Both the position numbers and the translations under genes were made by a program. DNA of 64,000 bases from an uncultured Candidatus Bathyarchaeia archaeon. GTDB taxonomy: Archaea > Thermoproteota > Bathyarchaeia > Bathyarchaeales > Bathycorpusculaceae. Positions 29,712 through 40,252 of this stretch are shown here, piece after piece. Below the pieces are notes generated by a model. It had not been told where the DNA came from and ran no database searches. It worked only from the letters and a program-made list of their open reading frames with translations. The stretch is from assembly GCA_964427115.1 (NCBI GenBank), contig CAYRSV010000002.1:60772-124771 (forward strand), written 5' to 3'. Numbering within the stretch: the first letter of the stretch is position 1; each line of letters begins with the position of its first letter.

Positions 29712-31174
29712 TGAATGGTAAAAAAGAAATCATAATTGACCCAATCACGCGCCTCGAAGGTCATGGCAATGTCTCAATATTTCTAAATGACCAAGGCGAA
29801 GTCGAGAATGCTTACATAAAAATCCCAGAGCTTCGTGGCTTTGAGGCATTCTGCATTGGACGAAAGGCCGAGATGATGCCCCAGCTTACCACACGCATCT
29901 GTGGTGTATGTCCTGTTGCTCACCACTTTGCAGCAGTAAAGGCTCTAGACCAAGCATTCAACGTAGAACCCACCGCGCCTGCTAAGAAGCTGCGCGAACT
30001 CATGTACATGGGCTATGTTATCTACGACCACATATTACACTTCTACTACTTGGGTGGACCAGACTTCATTGTAGGACCAGATGCGCCAGCAGACAAACGT
30101 AACATCCTAGGCGTAATCCAAAAAGCCGGCATGGACGTAGCCAAAGACGTCATCAAACACCGTGCCTATGGACAAAAAATAACTGAAATTATAGGCGGTA
30201 AAGCTACCCACCCAGTATGTGGATTACCCGGTGGCATGAGCAAAGCTCTTAGCGAAGAGAATCGCCAAGAAATCGAAAAGATGGCTGCCTCTAGTGTCGA
30301 ATTCGCCAAATTTTCACTTAAGCTGTTCCACGACATTGTCTTGGGCAATAGCAAATACATCGACATGATAAAGAGCGATGCATACACTTTGAACACATAC
30401 TATATGGGTATGGTAGATGCCAACAACAAGGTCAACTTCTATGATGGAAAAATCCGCGTGGTTGACCCCGATGGTAAAGAAATCTTCAAGTTCGAAGGCA
30501 AAGATTACCTTAGCTACATTGGTGAGCATGTTGAAGAATGGACCTACAGCAAATTCCCATATCTAAAGAAGATCGGATGGAAAGGTCTAGTAGCAGGCGT
30601 TGATAGCGGTGCTTACCGCGTTGGTCCTTTGGGTCGGTTAAATGCTTCTGACGGCATGGCAACCCCGCTAGCCCAAGCTGAATACGAGCTTATGTACAAG
30701 ACCCTCGGCGGTAAACCAGTACATAGCACTTTAGCATTCCACTGGGCGCGCCTCATAGAATTGCTCTACGCTGCTGAACATGCACTAGAACTCTCAAAAG
30801 ACCCCGAAATTACTAGCCCAAATATACGTAACAAAATAGGCGTACCTACTGAAGGTGTTGGTGTTGTTGAAGCAGCAAGAGGTACACTCTTCCACCACTA
30901 TACGCTTGATAAGGATGCAATAGTTACCGATGTCAATATGATAGTTGCAACAACTAACAACTATCCCGCCATATGTATGAGCATTAGAGACGCAGCTAAA
31001 GGTCTAATCCACGACGGCAAATGCGATCAAAGCATCCTCAATAAAGTCGAAATGGCTTTCCGTGCATACGACCCATGCTTTGGATGCGCAACCCACTATG
31101 CAGTCGGGCAAATGCCCCTCACCGTCGAAATCTACAACTCAAAGAACGAACGCATCCAAACCTTCCAACGCTAA
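29711..31174 (+). CDS. mvhA: [NiFe]-hydrogenase large subunit, Mvh/group-3 type
   Basis: N-terminal RICGVCPVAHH and C-terminal DPCFGCATH Ni-Fe ligand motifs. TAATG overlap with mvhG. Confidence 0.9.
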   Translation: MNGKKEIIIDPITRLEGHGNVSIFLNDQGEVENAYIKIPELRGFEAFCIGRKAEMMPQLTTRICGVCPVAHHFAAVKALDQAFNVEPTAPAKKLRELMYMGYVIYDHILHFYYLGGPDFIVGPDAPADKRNILGVIQKAGMDVAKDVIKHRAYGQKITEIIGGKATHPVCGLPGGMSKALSEENRQEIEKMAASSVEFAKFSLKLFHDIVLGNSKYIDMIKSDAYTLNTYYMGMVDANNKVNFYDGKIRVVDPDGKEIFKFEGKDYLSYIGEHVEEWTYSKFPYLKKIGWKGLVAGVDSGAYRVGPLGRLNASDGMATPLAQAEYELMYKTLGGKPVHSTLAFHWARLIELLYAAEHALELSKDPEITSPNIRNKIGVPTEGVGVVEAARGTLFHHYTLDKDAIVTDVNMIVATTNNYPAICMSIRDAAKGLIHDGKCDQSILNKVEMAFRAYDPCFGCATHYAVGQMPLTVEIYNSKNERIQTFQR

Positions 31175-31251
31175 AAGGACCCAAAGGGACTAAAGCATAC
31201 CCCAACCCTTTTCTTTTCGATTTTTCCTTATTTTGATTCTGTGACGTCTAC

Positions 31252-31746
31252 TTGACTTCGGAACTTTATGACCTTGAAAAGGAATTGAGAAGCTGGCTAA
31301 ATCAAGCGACAAACGTCGTGATAGCTGGAATAGGTAACCCAATTCGCTGTGACGACTTTGTAGGCTTGAAAATTGTTCAGGATTTACGGGGCAAGGTCTC
31401 TGCGAAGGTGCACCTCATTGAATGCGAGACTGTGCCCGAGAGCTTCATGGATGAGATAATAGCGCTCCAGCCTTCGCATGTATTGCTTATTGACGCCGCG
31501 CTACTGGGGCTCAAACCAGCCAAAGCAAGGCTATATGATACAAAAAAGGTCACTAACTTCCCCGCCATATCGACCCATATGCTACCTCTGCGTGTCTTCT
31601 GCGACTACATCACGACTATGTCAAAAAGTAAACTCGCTCTACTTCTCATTGAGCCCAAATGTACCGATTTCGGCGAAGGCTTAACACCAGAGGTCACTGC
31701 TTCAGCCGAACAAATTGTAGAGAAACTCTTACGCCTTCTTCCATGA
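31252..31746 (+). CDS. hydrogenase maturation endopeptidase
   Basis: AGIGNPIRCDDFVGLKI and STHMLPL motifs; TTG start. Confidence 0.8.
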   Translation: MTSELYDLEKELRSWLNQATNVVIAGIGNPIRCDDFVGLKIVQDLRGKVSAKVHLIECETVPESFMDEIIALQPSHVLLIDAALLGLKPAKARLYDTKKVTNFPAISTHMLPLRVFCDYITTMSKSKLALLLIEPKCTDFGEGLTPEVTASAEQIVEKLLRLLP

Positions 31747-31942
31747 TTATACTTTTAGGCTAAGCGGTGGTTATAGAAAGCCAAGGCATATCTCAACCGA
31801 GCTCACTATACATTGCAAATATTGCAGACTGCTGTTGTTTGAAGTATTCTTATTCCCGTTATTGAATGGATGGATGTGGATTTTGGTTCGACTAAGTTAA
31901 TATAGTTTTCAAAAGACTATTTCTTTATTACCTACTGGAGAG

Positions 31943-33796
31943 ATGCATCGGTTGTTTGGCTATGCAGGTCAAATTCTTTTCGTTGATTTAAGCACGGGCA
32001 AAACTAAGGTGGATAAGCTCGACGAAGCCGTAGCGAAGAAGTTCATCGGCGGCTTAGGTTTAGGTTTAAAGCTGTGGATGGATAACGCGCAGATAGATGT
32101 AGATCCGCTTAGTGCTGAGAACCCTATTGTTCTGGCTATAGGTCCAGTAGCGGGAACACTTTTCCCAACGGGCGGCAACGGTCATGTTTTTGTCTCAAAG
32201 TCTCCTGCTTCTGGTGCAGTTGCTGGTTCTGTAGCGCACGGAAGCTTTGGTGCTGAACTCAAACGTGCAGGGTATGACGCCGTCATAATAACTGGCAAAT
32301 CTACTAGGCCTGTTTATCTGTGGATTGACGATGCCTCTGTTCAGTTGCTTAACGCTAATAGCCTTATGGGTAAGTCTGCCTCTGAAACTGAGGATGCCAT
32401 AAAGGAGGACCTTGGTGATTACTACATCCGTGTAGCTTCTATAGGCTCAGCAGGAGAGAAGCTCTCCAAGATAGCTACTATCACTAATGAGAAGACCCGA
32501 ATTGCAGGTAGAATAGGCTTAGGGGCTATCATGGGCTCTAAGAACCTCAAGGCAATAGCAGTACGCGGTACACACGATGTTGCGGTCGCTAAGCCAGATG
32601 AGTTCATGAGTATGGTCCAAGAATTTCAAGAACGCATGATGGGACCTGCCACCGAGAAGTACACTAAACTAGGCACTGTTGAGGACCTTCTAGTTCATAA
32701 CGCACTGTACTGCCTGCCTACACGCAACTACAGTAATGCTCATTTTGAAAACGCCGAGAAGATAAGTGGCGAAGCCATCAATACACGCTATACCGCAAAA
32801 GTAATCGCTTGTGCTACCTGCCCGATGCCGTGCGAGCATGAAGTTATAATTCCAGAAGGCCCCTTCAAGGGTGCCATGACTCGCATTGAGTACGAATCGC
32901 TGTGGGCATTGGGTCCATACTGTGGCGTAGATAGACTTGATGCTATTATCAAAGCCGTAGAGCTCTGCTATTACTACGGTTTAGATGCCCAAAGCGTTGG
33001 TGTAACCGTTGGCTTCCTTATGGACTGCCACGAGAAAGGTATACTAACCCATGAGGACCTTGGTGACTTAGATGCGCACTTTGGCAATGTAGAGGTGTTA
33101 CTTCAACTTATAGAAAAGATTGGTAAACGCGAAGGCATAGGTGACAAATTAGCCGACGGTGTCAAAGTCGCTGCAGAAAAAATTGGCAAGGATTCCCAAC
33201 AGTTCGCCCAGCACATTAAAGGCTTAGAAGTAACTGGTTACGATCTGCGTTGCTTCAAGACTGCCGCGCTAGGTTTTGCAACGTCCTTCAGTGGAGCACA
33301 TGGCGATAGCTATGCTTTTGACGTGAGAGGCAAAACAGACAATTATGGGAAAGACCGCTCCAAGTACGTCACCCAAGTGAATGATATTGCTGCCGTGTTC
33401 GACTCACTTATGATCTGCATGCATTCCAAGCCTGCTTTCCAAAAGGAATACATTGAAATGGCCAAGCTCTATACGTCGATAACTGGCATTGAGACATCCG
33501 ATGAAGATATTAAACATGCCGGCGAACGCATAAGCAATCTTGAACGGCTAATTAACTTCCGTATAGGTATGAACAGAAAAGATGACACTCTGCCTTGGAA
33601 AGTTATGCATGAACCTATCCCCGACGAAGGTCCCACTAAAGGCGCAGTTATAACCCAAAAAGACCTTGATGCATTGTTGGATGATTACTACGCGGTCCGT
33701 GGCTGGAGCATAAATGGCGTGCCTACGACCGCTAAGCTTCAGGAGATAGGTCTTGAAGAGTACTCAAAAATCGTTGAAGATGAGAAGGCGGTTTAA
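31943..33796 (+). CDS. aor: aldehyde:ferredoxin oxidoreductase family (tungstopterin)
   Basis: ILFVDLSTGK N-terminus, CATCPMPC cluster motif; 617 aa. Confidence 0.92.
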   Translation: MHRLFGYAGQILFVDLSTGKTKVDKLDEAVAKKFIGGLGLGLKLWMDNAQIDVDPLSAENPIVLAIGPVAGTLFPTGGNGHVFVSKSPASGAVAGSVAHGSFGAELKRAGYDAVIITGKSTRPVYLWIDDASVQLLNANSLMGKSASETEDAIKEDLGDYYIRVASIGSAGEKLSKIATITNEKTRIAGRIGLGAIMGSKNLKAIAVRGTHDVAVAKPDEFMSMVQEFQERMMGPATEKYTKLGTVEDLLVHNALYCLPTRNYSNAHFENAEKISGEAINTRYTAKVIACATCPMPCEHEVIIPEGPFKGAMTRIEYESLWALGPYCGVDRLDAIIKAVELCYYYGLDAQSVGVTVGFLMDCHEKGILTHEDLGDLDAHFGNVEVLLQLIEKIGKREGIGDKLADGVKVAAEKIGKDSQQFAQHIKGLEVTGYDLRCFKTAALGFATSFSGAHGDSYAFDVRGKTDNYGKDRSKYVTQVNDIAAVFDSLMICMHSKPAFQKEYIEMAKLYTSITGIETSDEDIKHAGERISNLERLINFRIGMNRKDDTLPWKVMHEPIPDEGPTKGAVITQKDLDALLDDYYAVRGWSINGVPTTAKLQEIGLEEYSKIVEDEKAV

Positions 33797-33798
33797 AG

Positions 33799-34290
33799 AT
33801 GGTTAAAGTTAACGAGAGGCGCTTTGTAGCAGTTGACCCTGACAAATGTTCAGGTTGCCAAACCTGCGAATACATCTGCTCTTACACAAAAGAGAAGGCA
33901 TTTAATCCAACAAAATCGCGCATACGTGTAGTGCGACAGAACCAGATTATTAACATGCCCGTAACTTGCCGGCTATGCGAAGAGCCCGCATGTGTCGCTG
34001 CCTGCCCCCGAGATGCCCTTAAGCAATCTGAGGATACTGGCATAATCACCGTGGACAAAGACAAATGCAACGGCTGCGGCTGGTGCATCGAAGCCTGCGA
34101 CTACGGTGCTATGATGTTACATCCAGAAGCCAAAATTGTCTTTGCTTGTGACCTATGCAAAGACAAACCCGAAGGACCTCAATGTATTAAAATGTGTCCT
34201 CAAAAAGCCCTTGCATGCGTAACTAGCGACGCTTTAGCCCAGAAAGCCCGCATCAGCGCCATTAAAAGACTCTTCGCTGATGCTAAATAG
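33799..34290 (+). CDS. 4Fe-4S dicluster / polyferredoxin protein
   Basis: CSGCQTCEYIC, CRLCEEPACVAACP, CNGCGWCIEAC, CDLC..C..MCP. Starts 3 nt after aor. Confidence 0.85.
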   Translation: MVKVNERRFVAVDPDKCSGCQTCEYICSYTKEKAFNPTKSRIRVVRQNQIINMPVTCRLCEEPACVAACPRDALKQSEDTGIITVDKDKCNGCGWCIEACDYGAMMLHPEAKIVFACDLCKDKPEGPQCIKMCPQKALACVTSDALAQKARISAIKRLFADAK

Positions 34291-34549
34291 CCGCCAGATG
34301 GAAAACCTCTAACCGCTTCAATTACAATAATCGCTGCTGACTCTGTAGATTTCCCCTCTTCGATTAACACAGATAGACTGTGAATTATCAAAAGCATAGA
34401 CGAGATATAGGAAACGGCGTTTACAAATGAAAATCCAATTTCCCGTTATAATTATCAATTAGAAAACAGAAGAGCCATCATAAGCAGATCAGTAAGTTTT
34501 TGGCTCTATACCCATGGATACGAGAATCCACAAAGAAAGGGGGTAGCGA

Positions 34550-37153
34550 TTATTGATTTTTGAATGTTAGTTCGCCGTTTTTCTCATCAATAATGATTGT
34601 TGTGTCTTTGTTGACCTTTTCTGCCAGGATTATCTTCGATAATTCGTTGAGTACGTTTTTTTGGATTACTCTTTTTATGGGTCTTGCACCGAATTGTGGG
34701 TCAAAGCCTACCTTAGCTATGTGGTCTATTGCCTTCTTTGTAACGCTAATTTGGATGTTGTTCTTCTCAAGCATCTTCTGTACGCCTTTAAGCTGGGTTT
34801 CTACGATTTTTCTGACTTTTTCCTCGGTTAGGGGCTGGAACATTATTATTTCATCAATTCGGTTGAGAAATTCTGGTCTGATTGACTTCTTGAGCAAGTT
34901 GAAGACCTGTTCTTTTGTTTGATTCCAGATTTCTTCTCTATTGTCTGGGTTTGTTTTTTCAAGGTTTTCTTGGATGATATGTGAGCCGATATTTGATGTC
35001 ATAATAATGATGGTGTTCTTGAAGTCTACGGTTCGACCCTTATTGTCGGTTAGTCTACCATCATCGAGGACTTGGAGCAATATATTGAACACATCTGGGT
35101 GCGCCTTTTCTATTTCATCAAGTAGAACAACTGAGTAGGGTTTTCTTCTTACAGCCTCGGTTAGTTGCCCGCTTTCTTCGTAGCCAACATATCCTGGAGG
35201 TGCACCTACCAGCCTTGAGACGCTGTGCCTTTCTTGATACTCGGACATGTCAATTCTGATCATATTGTTTTCGTTATTGAAAAGAAACTCTGCCAACGCC
35301 TTTGCTAGTTCGGTTTTTCCTACGCCTGTAGTGCCTAAAAAGATAAATGATCCGATTGGCCGCTTAGGGTCTTGCAGCCCTGCACGGCTTCGCCTAATAG
35401 CGTCTGAAACCGCTTGGATGGCCTCTTCCTGCCCGATGACCCGCCTGCGTAGCTCGGTTTCAATGTTCAGCAGTTTTTCCTTTTCGCTCTGAAGCATCCG
35501 GCTAACAGGTATACCTGTCCATCGAGAAACCACTTCGGCAATCTCTTCAGCATCTACTTCTTCATTAATTAGCGGTGAGTCTTTCTGAATTTCAGAAAGT
35601 TTTTGTTTTAGAGTCTCGATGGCTTTCTGGGCTTCAGGGATTCTGCCATACCTTATCTCTGCAACTTTACCCAAATCGCCTCGACGGTTAGCATCCTCAT
35701 CTTGAAACTTTAGCTGCTCAATTTCATTTTTTTTAGCTTGAATTTGTTCTACTATATCTTTTTCAGCTTGCCATTTTGCTTTCAGTTTGTTTCTTTCTTC
35801 GCTCAGGTTCGCTATTTCTTGGTTGAGTAATTTGAGTTTGGCGTCATCTTTTTCTCTTTTTATGGCCTCACGCTCTATTTCTAATAGGCGTATCTTTCTT
35901 TCTATGTTTTCTAATTCTTCGGGTGCGGAATTGATTTCCAATCTTAATTTTGAAGCAGCTTCATCGATTAGGTCAATGGCTTTGTCTGGCAAGAATCGAT
36001 CTGATATGTATCTTTGTGATAGTTCTACAGCGGCAATTATGGCTTCATCTTTTATTCGGACATGGTGGAATACTTCATAGCGTTCTTTGAGACCTCTTAG
36101 GATGGAGATGGCGTCTAATGTGTCGGGTTCGTTAACCATGACGGGTTGGAAGCGTCTTTCAAGGGCTTTGTCTTTTTCAAAATATTTCTGGTACTCCTTG
36201 AGGGTAGTGGCGCCGATTGCACGTAGTTCCCCTCTGGCGAGGGCAGGTTTCAAGATGTTTGCGGCATCCATTGCTCCTTCGCTGGCGCCGGCTCCCACGA
36301 GGGTGTGGATTTCATCAATAAATAGGACAATTTCGCCTTCTGAGGATATGACTTCTTTTATGACACTTTTTAGACGCTCTTCAAATTCTCCTTTGAATTT
36401 TGCACCCGCAATCAGGGCGCCCATGTCTAGTGAGTAGATTTGCTTTGACGTGAGGTTCTCAGGAACATCACTGTTGACAATGCGGTGGGCTAGCCCTTCT
36501 GCGATGGCAGTTTTGCCGACGCCCGGTTCGCCGATTAGAATAGGATTATTTTTTGTTCTTCTAGAGAGAATTTGTAGAACTCGGCGGATTTCTTCATCGC
36601 GACCGATAACTGGGTCGAGTTTTCCTGTTTTTGCGAGGTTGTTTAGGTTGATTGCAAACCGGTTTAGGGCATTATAGGTTTCATCTGTAGTTTGTGAATT
36701 CACAGTTGTTCCCTTTCTCAATTGCTTGATTGCCTCTTTAAGTGATTTTTCTGAAATTCCATGGCTTTGCAGCAGCCGTGAGGCTGGATCATTGAGGGAT
36801 AGGATTGCCAGAAGCAACTGCTCAATAGAGACATATTTGTCCTGGCTTTCGGAGGCTAGCTCTTGAGCTTTGTGAAGAGCTTTGTTAGAGTTAAAGGACA
36901 AATACTGTTCTCCGCCACCGGTTACCTGCGGCAAAGAATCAATCAGTCTATCAAGAGAGCGGGAAAAAACCTCTACATTTACGCCCAGCTGCTTTAGTAG
37001 GTAAGGAATAACATTTTCGTCTACAGTCAGCATCGCTTTTAGTAGGTGGGCTGGTTCGATTGCTTGATTTTGCCTCGAAGAAGCTAACTCTAAAGCCTTC
37101 TCAATAGCCTCACGAGACTTGATCGTAAAGTTATTTAAATTCAATAAATCCAC
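34550..37153 (-). CDS. clpB: ATP-dependent chaperone ClpB
   Basis: Clp_N repeats, two AAA+ modules ([15 protein letters not shown]; [15 protein letters not shown]), and a long coiled-coil middle domain. Confidence 0.95.
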   Translation of the reverse strand: MDLLNLNNFTIKSREAIEKALELASSRQNQAIEPAHLLKAMLTVDENVIPYLLKQLGVNVEVFSRSLDRLIDSLPQVTGGGEQYLSFNSNKALHKAQELASESQDKYVSIEQLLLAILSLNDPASRLLQSHGISEKSLKEAIKQLRKGTTVNSQTTDETYNALNRFAINLNNLAKTGKLDPVIGRDEEIRRVLQILSRRTKNNPILIGEPGVGKTAIAEGLAHRIVNSDVPENLTSKQIYSLDMGALIAGAKFKGEFEERLKSVIKEVISSEGEIVLFIDEIHTLVGAGASEGAMDAANILKPALARGELRAIGATTLKEYQKYFEKDKALERRFQPVMVNEPDTLDAISILRGLKERYEVFHHVRIKDEAIIAAVELSQRYISDRFLPDKAIDLIDEAASKLRLEINSAPEELENIERKIRLLEIEREAIKREKDDAKLKLLNQEIANLSEERNKLKAKWQAEKDIVEQIQAKKNEIEQLKFQDEDANRRGDLGKVAEIRYGRIPEAQKAIETLKQKLSEIQKDSPLINEEVDAEEIAEVVSRWTGIPVSRMLQSEKEKLLNIETELRRRVIGQEEAIQAVSDAIRRSRAGLQDPKRPIGSFIFLGTTGVGKTELAKALAEFLFNNENNMIRIDMSEYQERHSVSRLVGAPPGYVGYEESGQLTEAVRRKPYSVVLLDEIEKAHPDVFNILLQVLDDGRLTDNKGRTVDFKNTIIIMTSNIGSHIIQENLEKTNPDNREEIWNQTKEQVFNLLKKSIRPEFLNRIDEIIMFQPLTEEKVRKIVETQLKGVQKMLEKNNIQISVTKKAIDHIAKVGFDPQFGARPIKRVIQKNVLNELSKIILAEKVNKDTTIIIDEKNGELTFKNQ

Positions 37154-37514
37154 TCTCCCCAGAATACTATCATAGTCTGAAAAGCTAATGAATTAATTTT
37201 TCGCCAGTAGTTAACCCATTTTCCCGTGTAACTGCCATTCTAGCAACTGGTGCTAAAACCAGTCCTTCACTTCTTGCTCAGAGGGTGATGCTATGAACCA
37301 AACCAATGAGTCAAGCATATGCCGTCTAAAAGTGCAATCAGGCTGGCTCTGCCGGTTCTATTAAGAGTAGCTTGAAACAGATGTATAAACAAAATGACGC
37401 TGTTTAGGTGGCTTGCTGGTTGCAGTTTGGTGTAGCAGGTGGTTCTCTTATAGCAAGATAAAAGAAAAACCTTAAACCAGCCTTGTGTGCTTTTCTTTTG
37501 GAGGGTGTATTGGT

Positions 37515-38585
37515 TTGAAGCGTATTGAAGCCTTGCGCAAACTTGCCTTTAAGAATAATGCATCTTATGGTTATCTTATTCTCAATAATGTGAGCATGAC
37601 CTATTTTATTGGTTTCCAAGGACCTAATGCAATGTTAATCCCCCCAGAAGGTGAAAGCGTCCTTTACACTTACGGCACTAACTACGAGTTGACGAAGGCA
37701 GAGGGCAAGGGCTTTAAGGTTGAAAAGGTTAAGTCCGATGAAAATTTGATGCAAAAGATTGCAAGCCAATCCCAGGACTATAAAATCAAGCACCTTATAG
37801 TTGACGACATAGGCGTTACCGACTGGCAGATATTAACTAAGGCGTTTCCACGGCAAGACGCTGTTGAAGTCAACAGTGCCCCCGTTGAGGCGCTTCGACG
37901 CATAAAAGATGCTAATGAGATTGAGCTTATGCGTAAAGCAGCAGAAATCACCAGCGCAGGTATGAAAGTAGCTTCAGAAACCATTCGTCCGGGAATAAAA
38001 GAGTATGAAATCGCAGCCGAAATTGAATATACAATGCGCAAGCTAGGTTCAGGACCAACTGCATTTGAGACTATAGTAGCTTCAGGACCAAGTTCAGCAT
38101 TTCCCCATGGTGGTTGCAGCGGTCGAGTAATACATGACGGCGATTTCGTGATGGTAGATATAGGCGCCACTTACAAGTATTACTGTTCTGATATGACCCG
38201 CACATTTGTAGCAGGTAAACCGTCCACTAAGCAGCAGATAATATATGACATTGTTAAAGACTCACAGGAAAGTGCCTTCAAAATAATTCGTGAAGGTACC
38301 CTAATTGCAGCAGTAGATATTGCCGCCAGACAAGTGATTGAAGCAGCTGGATTCGGCTACGACTTTGTGCATCGCCTTGGTCACGGCGTTGGCTTAGAAG
38401 TCCATGAGCCACCCAGTCTCAATCAGCAGACCAAAGATGCCCTCGTTGCAGGCAATGTGATAAGCATCGAACCAGGTATCTACCTACCTGGCTTTGGCGG
38501 AGTACGTATCGAAGATACCGTGCTTGTACAGAAGAATTGCGCAGAAAAACTCACCCATGGACCATACAGTATCACACCTGAATAA
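37515..38585 (+). CDS. M24-family Xaa-Pro aminopeptidase/dipeptidase
   Basis: HRLGHGVGLEVHEPP, SIEPGIY, GVRIEDTVLV. The TTG at 37515 follows GGAGGG; the ORF track start at 37485 is also possible. Confidence 0.85.
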   Translation: MKRIEALRKLAFKNNASYGYLILNNVSMTYFIGFQGPNAMLIPPEGESVLYTYGTNYELTKAEGKGFKVEKVKSDENLMQKIASQSQDYKIKHLIVDDIGVTDWQILTKAFPRQDAVEVNSAPVEALRRIKDANEIELMRKAAEITSAGMKVASETIRPGIKEYEIAAEIEYTMRKLGSGPTAFETIVASGPSSAFPHGGCSGRVIHDGDFVMVDIGATYKYYCSDMTRTFVAGKPSTKQQIIYDIVKDSQESAFKIIREGTLIAAVDIAARQVIEAAGFGYDFVHRLGHGVGLEVHEPPSLNQQTKDALVAGNVISIEPGIYLPGFGGVRIEDTVLVQKNCAEKLTHGPYSITPE

Positions 38586-38703
38586 CCCTTTTTCCAGCAA
38601 CCGCAGGCTAATTATCCTGCATCTAGTTTTTACCTTATGCATTTCTCCCAATTGAGGAAACAATTTAACTGAGCAGAAGGTAACCCTGCAAAAGCATTTG
38701 TCT

Positions 38704-39837
38704 TTAAGGTATGGTTTGGTTCCAAAGATACACGTTTTTGTATATCTTTGCTGGGTCTATTTTTCCATCATTATAAATTATGTCCAGTTTTAGTCCATAT
38801 CTGTCGGAGAGTTTATTGATGTTTTGCCAAATCTGTTGGTAATCGTTATCTGGCTGCCATAAACCCCAGATTTTTTCGTTGAGATGTCGTAGTCCTACAC
38901 CGTAGTCTTCAGGCAGCAGTAGGGCTACTTGTGCGGTTATTTTTTCTGCTGCCTTGCCATCTGTTTGTGTGTAGTCCCAAAACTGTTGCATTGCTTCAAA
39001 GTGTTCTTCGGTCAATATGCCGTATGGGTTGCCCTCAGGATGAACAGGCCAATTAAAGACAACAATATATTTGGCTCCTGCCTCGTAAGCTGTGTACATA
39101 TCTTGCAGGATTTCTGGGCCGCTTGTAATATAGGGTGGTTCCATGTAGGTCCAAGTAATTATGGCTCCCCAGTCTTTATCCAGCACATTTGCTGCGCCGC
39201 GGCAAAGCCCAATCTGCTGTGTTCGACTAACGTTCCATCCTAGCTCTACAAAAACTATGTCGTGTCCCGCTAAATAGTCAAAATAGTAAAGTGCATAGTC
39301 AGAGGTGAAAACGGGTATATTTTTACTATTCAATGTATGCATACTGAAACTTGAGGAAATAGAATCAACGTATTTGTCTGCGGCGTCGCTAAAGTTTGAC
39401 GCGATAGGGACTGTCTCATTAAGGTCTATTTGCCTGCCGCCTGGTTCATCACGTAAATAGACGCCAAGAAACTTTTCTCCCCACCTATGTGATGCTGCTT
39501 CTACCCATTCTATCTTCCAAGTGCTGTTATAAAGTGAAAAGAAATATACGGTAAAGTGTAAATCAGCTTCTGCGGCATAGTCGCAAATCTCATTTAAAGC
39601 TGTCTCATTATTGCTAAGGTCATATGAGTTTATAAGAAAATAGTTAGAATAGTCCTTGACTTTATCTATGAGCAGTTTTGCTTCTGCGGTAGTGTTTCCG
39701 CCGAAAGAAACCCCGAAATAGAAATCTTGGTCGTCATCTGAGCCTTGTGCGTTGCAAGCTATATATATTGAAGCTACGCCTACCGCTGAGATAACTATTA
39801 GTATAAGCAGCGGAATCCCCAGAAGCTTCATTTCCAC
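38704..39837 (-). CDS. hypothetical secreted/anchored protein (possibly TIM-barrel glycosidase-like)
   Basis: N-terminal TM LLGIPLLILIVISAVGVASIYI, many N-x-S/T sequons, alternating beta/alpha-like pattern (FLGVYLRDEPG). The function is a guess. Confidence 0.65.
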   Translation of the reverse strand: MEMKLLGIPLLILIVISAVGVASIYIACNAQGSDDDQDFYFGVSFGGNTTAEAKLLIDKVKDYSNYFLINSYDLSNNETALNEICDYAAEADLHFTVYFFSLYNSTWKIEWVEAASHRWGEKFLGVYLRDEPGGRQIDLNETVPIASNFSDAADKYVDSISSSFSMHTLNSKNIPVFTSDYALYYFDYLAGHDIVFVELGWNVSRTQQIGLCRGAANVLDKDWGAIITWTYMEPPYITSGPEILQDMYTAYEAGAKYIVVFNWPVHPEGNPYGILTEEHFEAMQQFWDYTQTDGKAAEKITAQVALLLPEDYGVGLRHLNEKIWGLWQPDNDYQQIWQNINKLSDRYGLKLDIIYNDGKIDPAKIYKNVYLWNQTIP

Positions 39838-40043
39838 TCAAACCTAAATACAAATAAACAAACATAAGCCTTTCCACATAAAATCATAAAATAGTCCAAC
39901 TGACTATTGTATCAAAAAGATGCCAAACGGATTAATACCTGTGGCTTAAGATCTTATAAGTCGAGTTAAAAGAAATCTACAAAGAACGCAGTAGCCTAGC
40001 CAACTTCTATTATCATGTAGCAAAATTCAATATTGTGTTGTTT

Positions 40044-40122
<79 letters not shown>

Positions 40123-40252
40123 ATGGTTCCTTACATATGCTGTTTTCTACAGAATTTAAACATTTACATTTTCTTTTTAGTAGTTTTCGGTGTCTTTTAG
40201 CCAAGTTCTCATCTGTACCCATTCATAGTTAAACGAGATGTAACTCGAGTGC

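Noticed and set aside
27309-31174. Looked for in-frame TGA (selenocysteine) or frameshifts in the hdr/mvh genes.
   Set aside because: All four ORFs are continuous, with Cys at the expected ligand positions. There is no evidence of recoding.
34560-36677. Six plus-strand ORFs (34560..34922, 34941..35138, 35247..35492, 35787..36080, 36087..36437, 36450..36677) inside clpB.
   Set aside because: These are antisense shadow ORFs of a very well supported 867-aa gene. Their Ser/Phe/Leu-rich translations are featureless.
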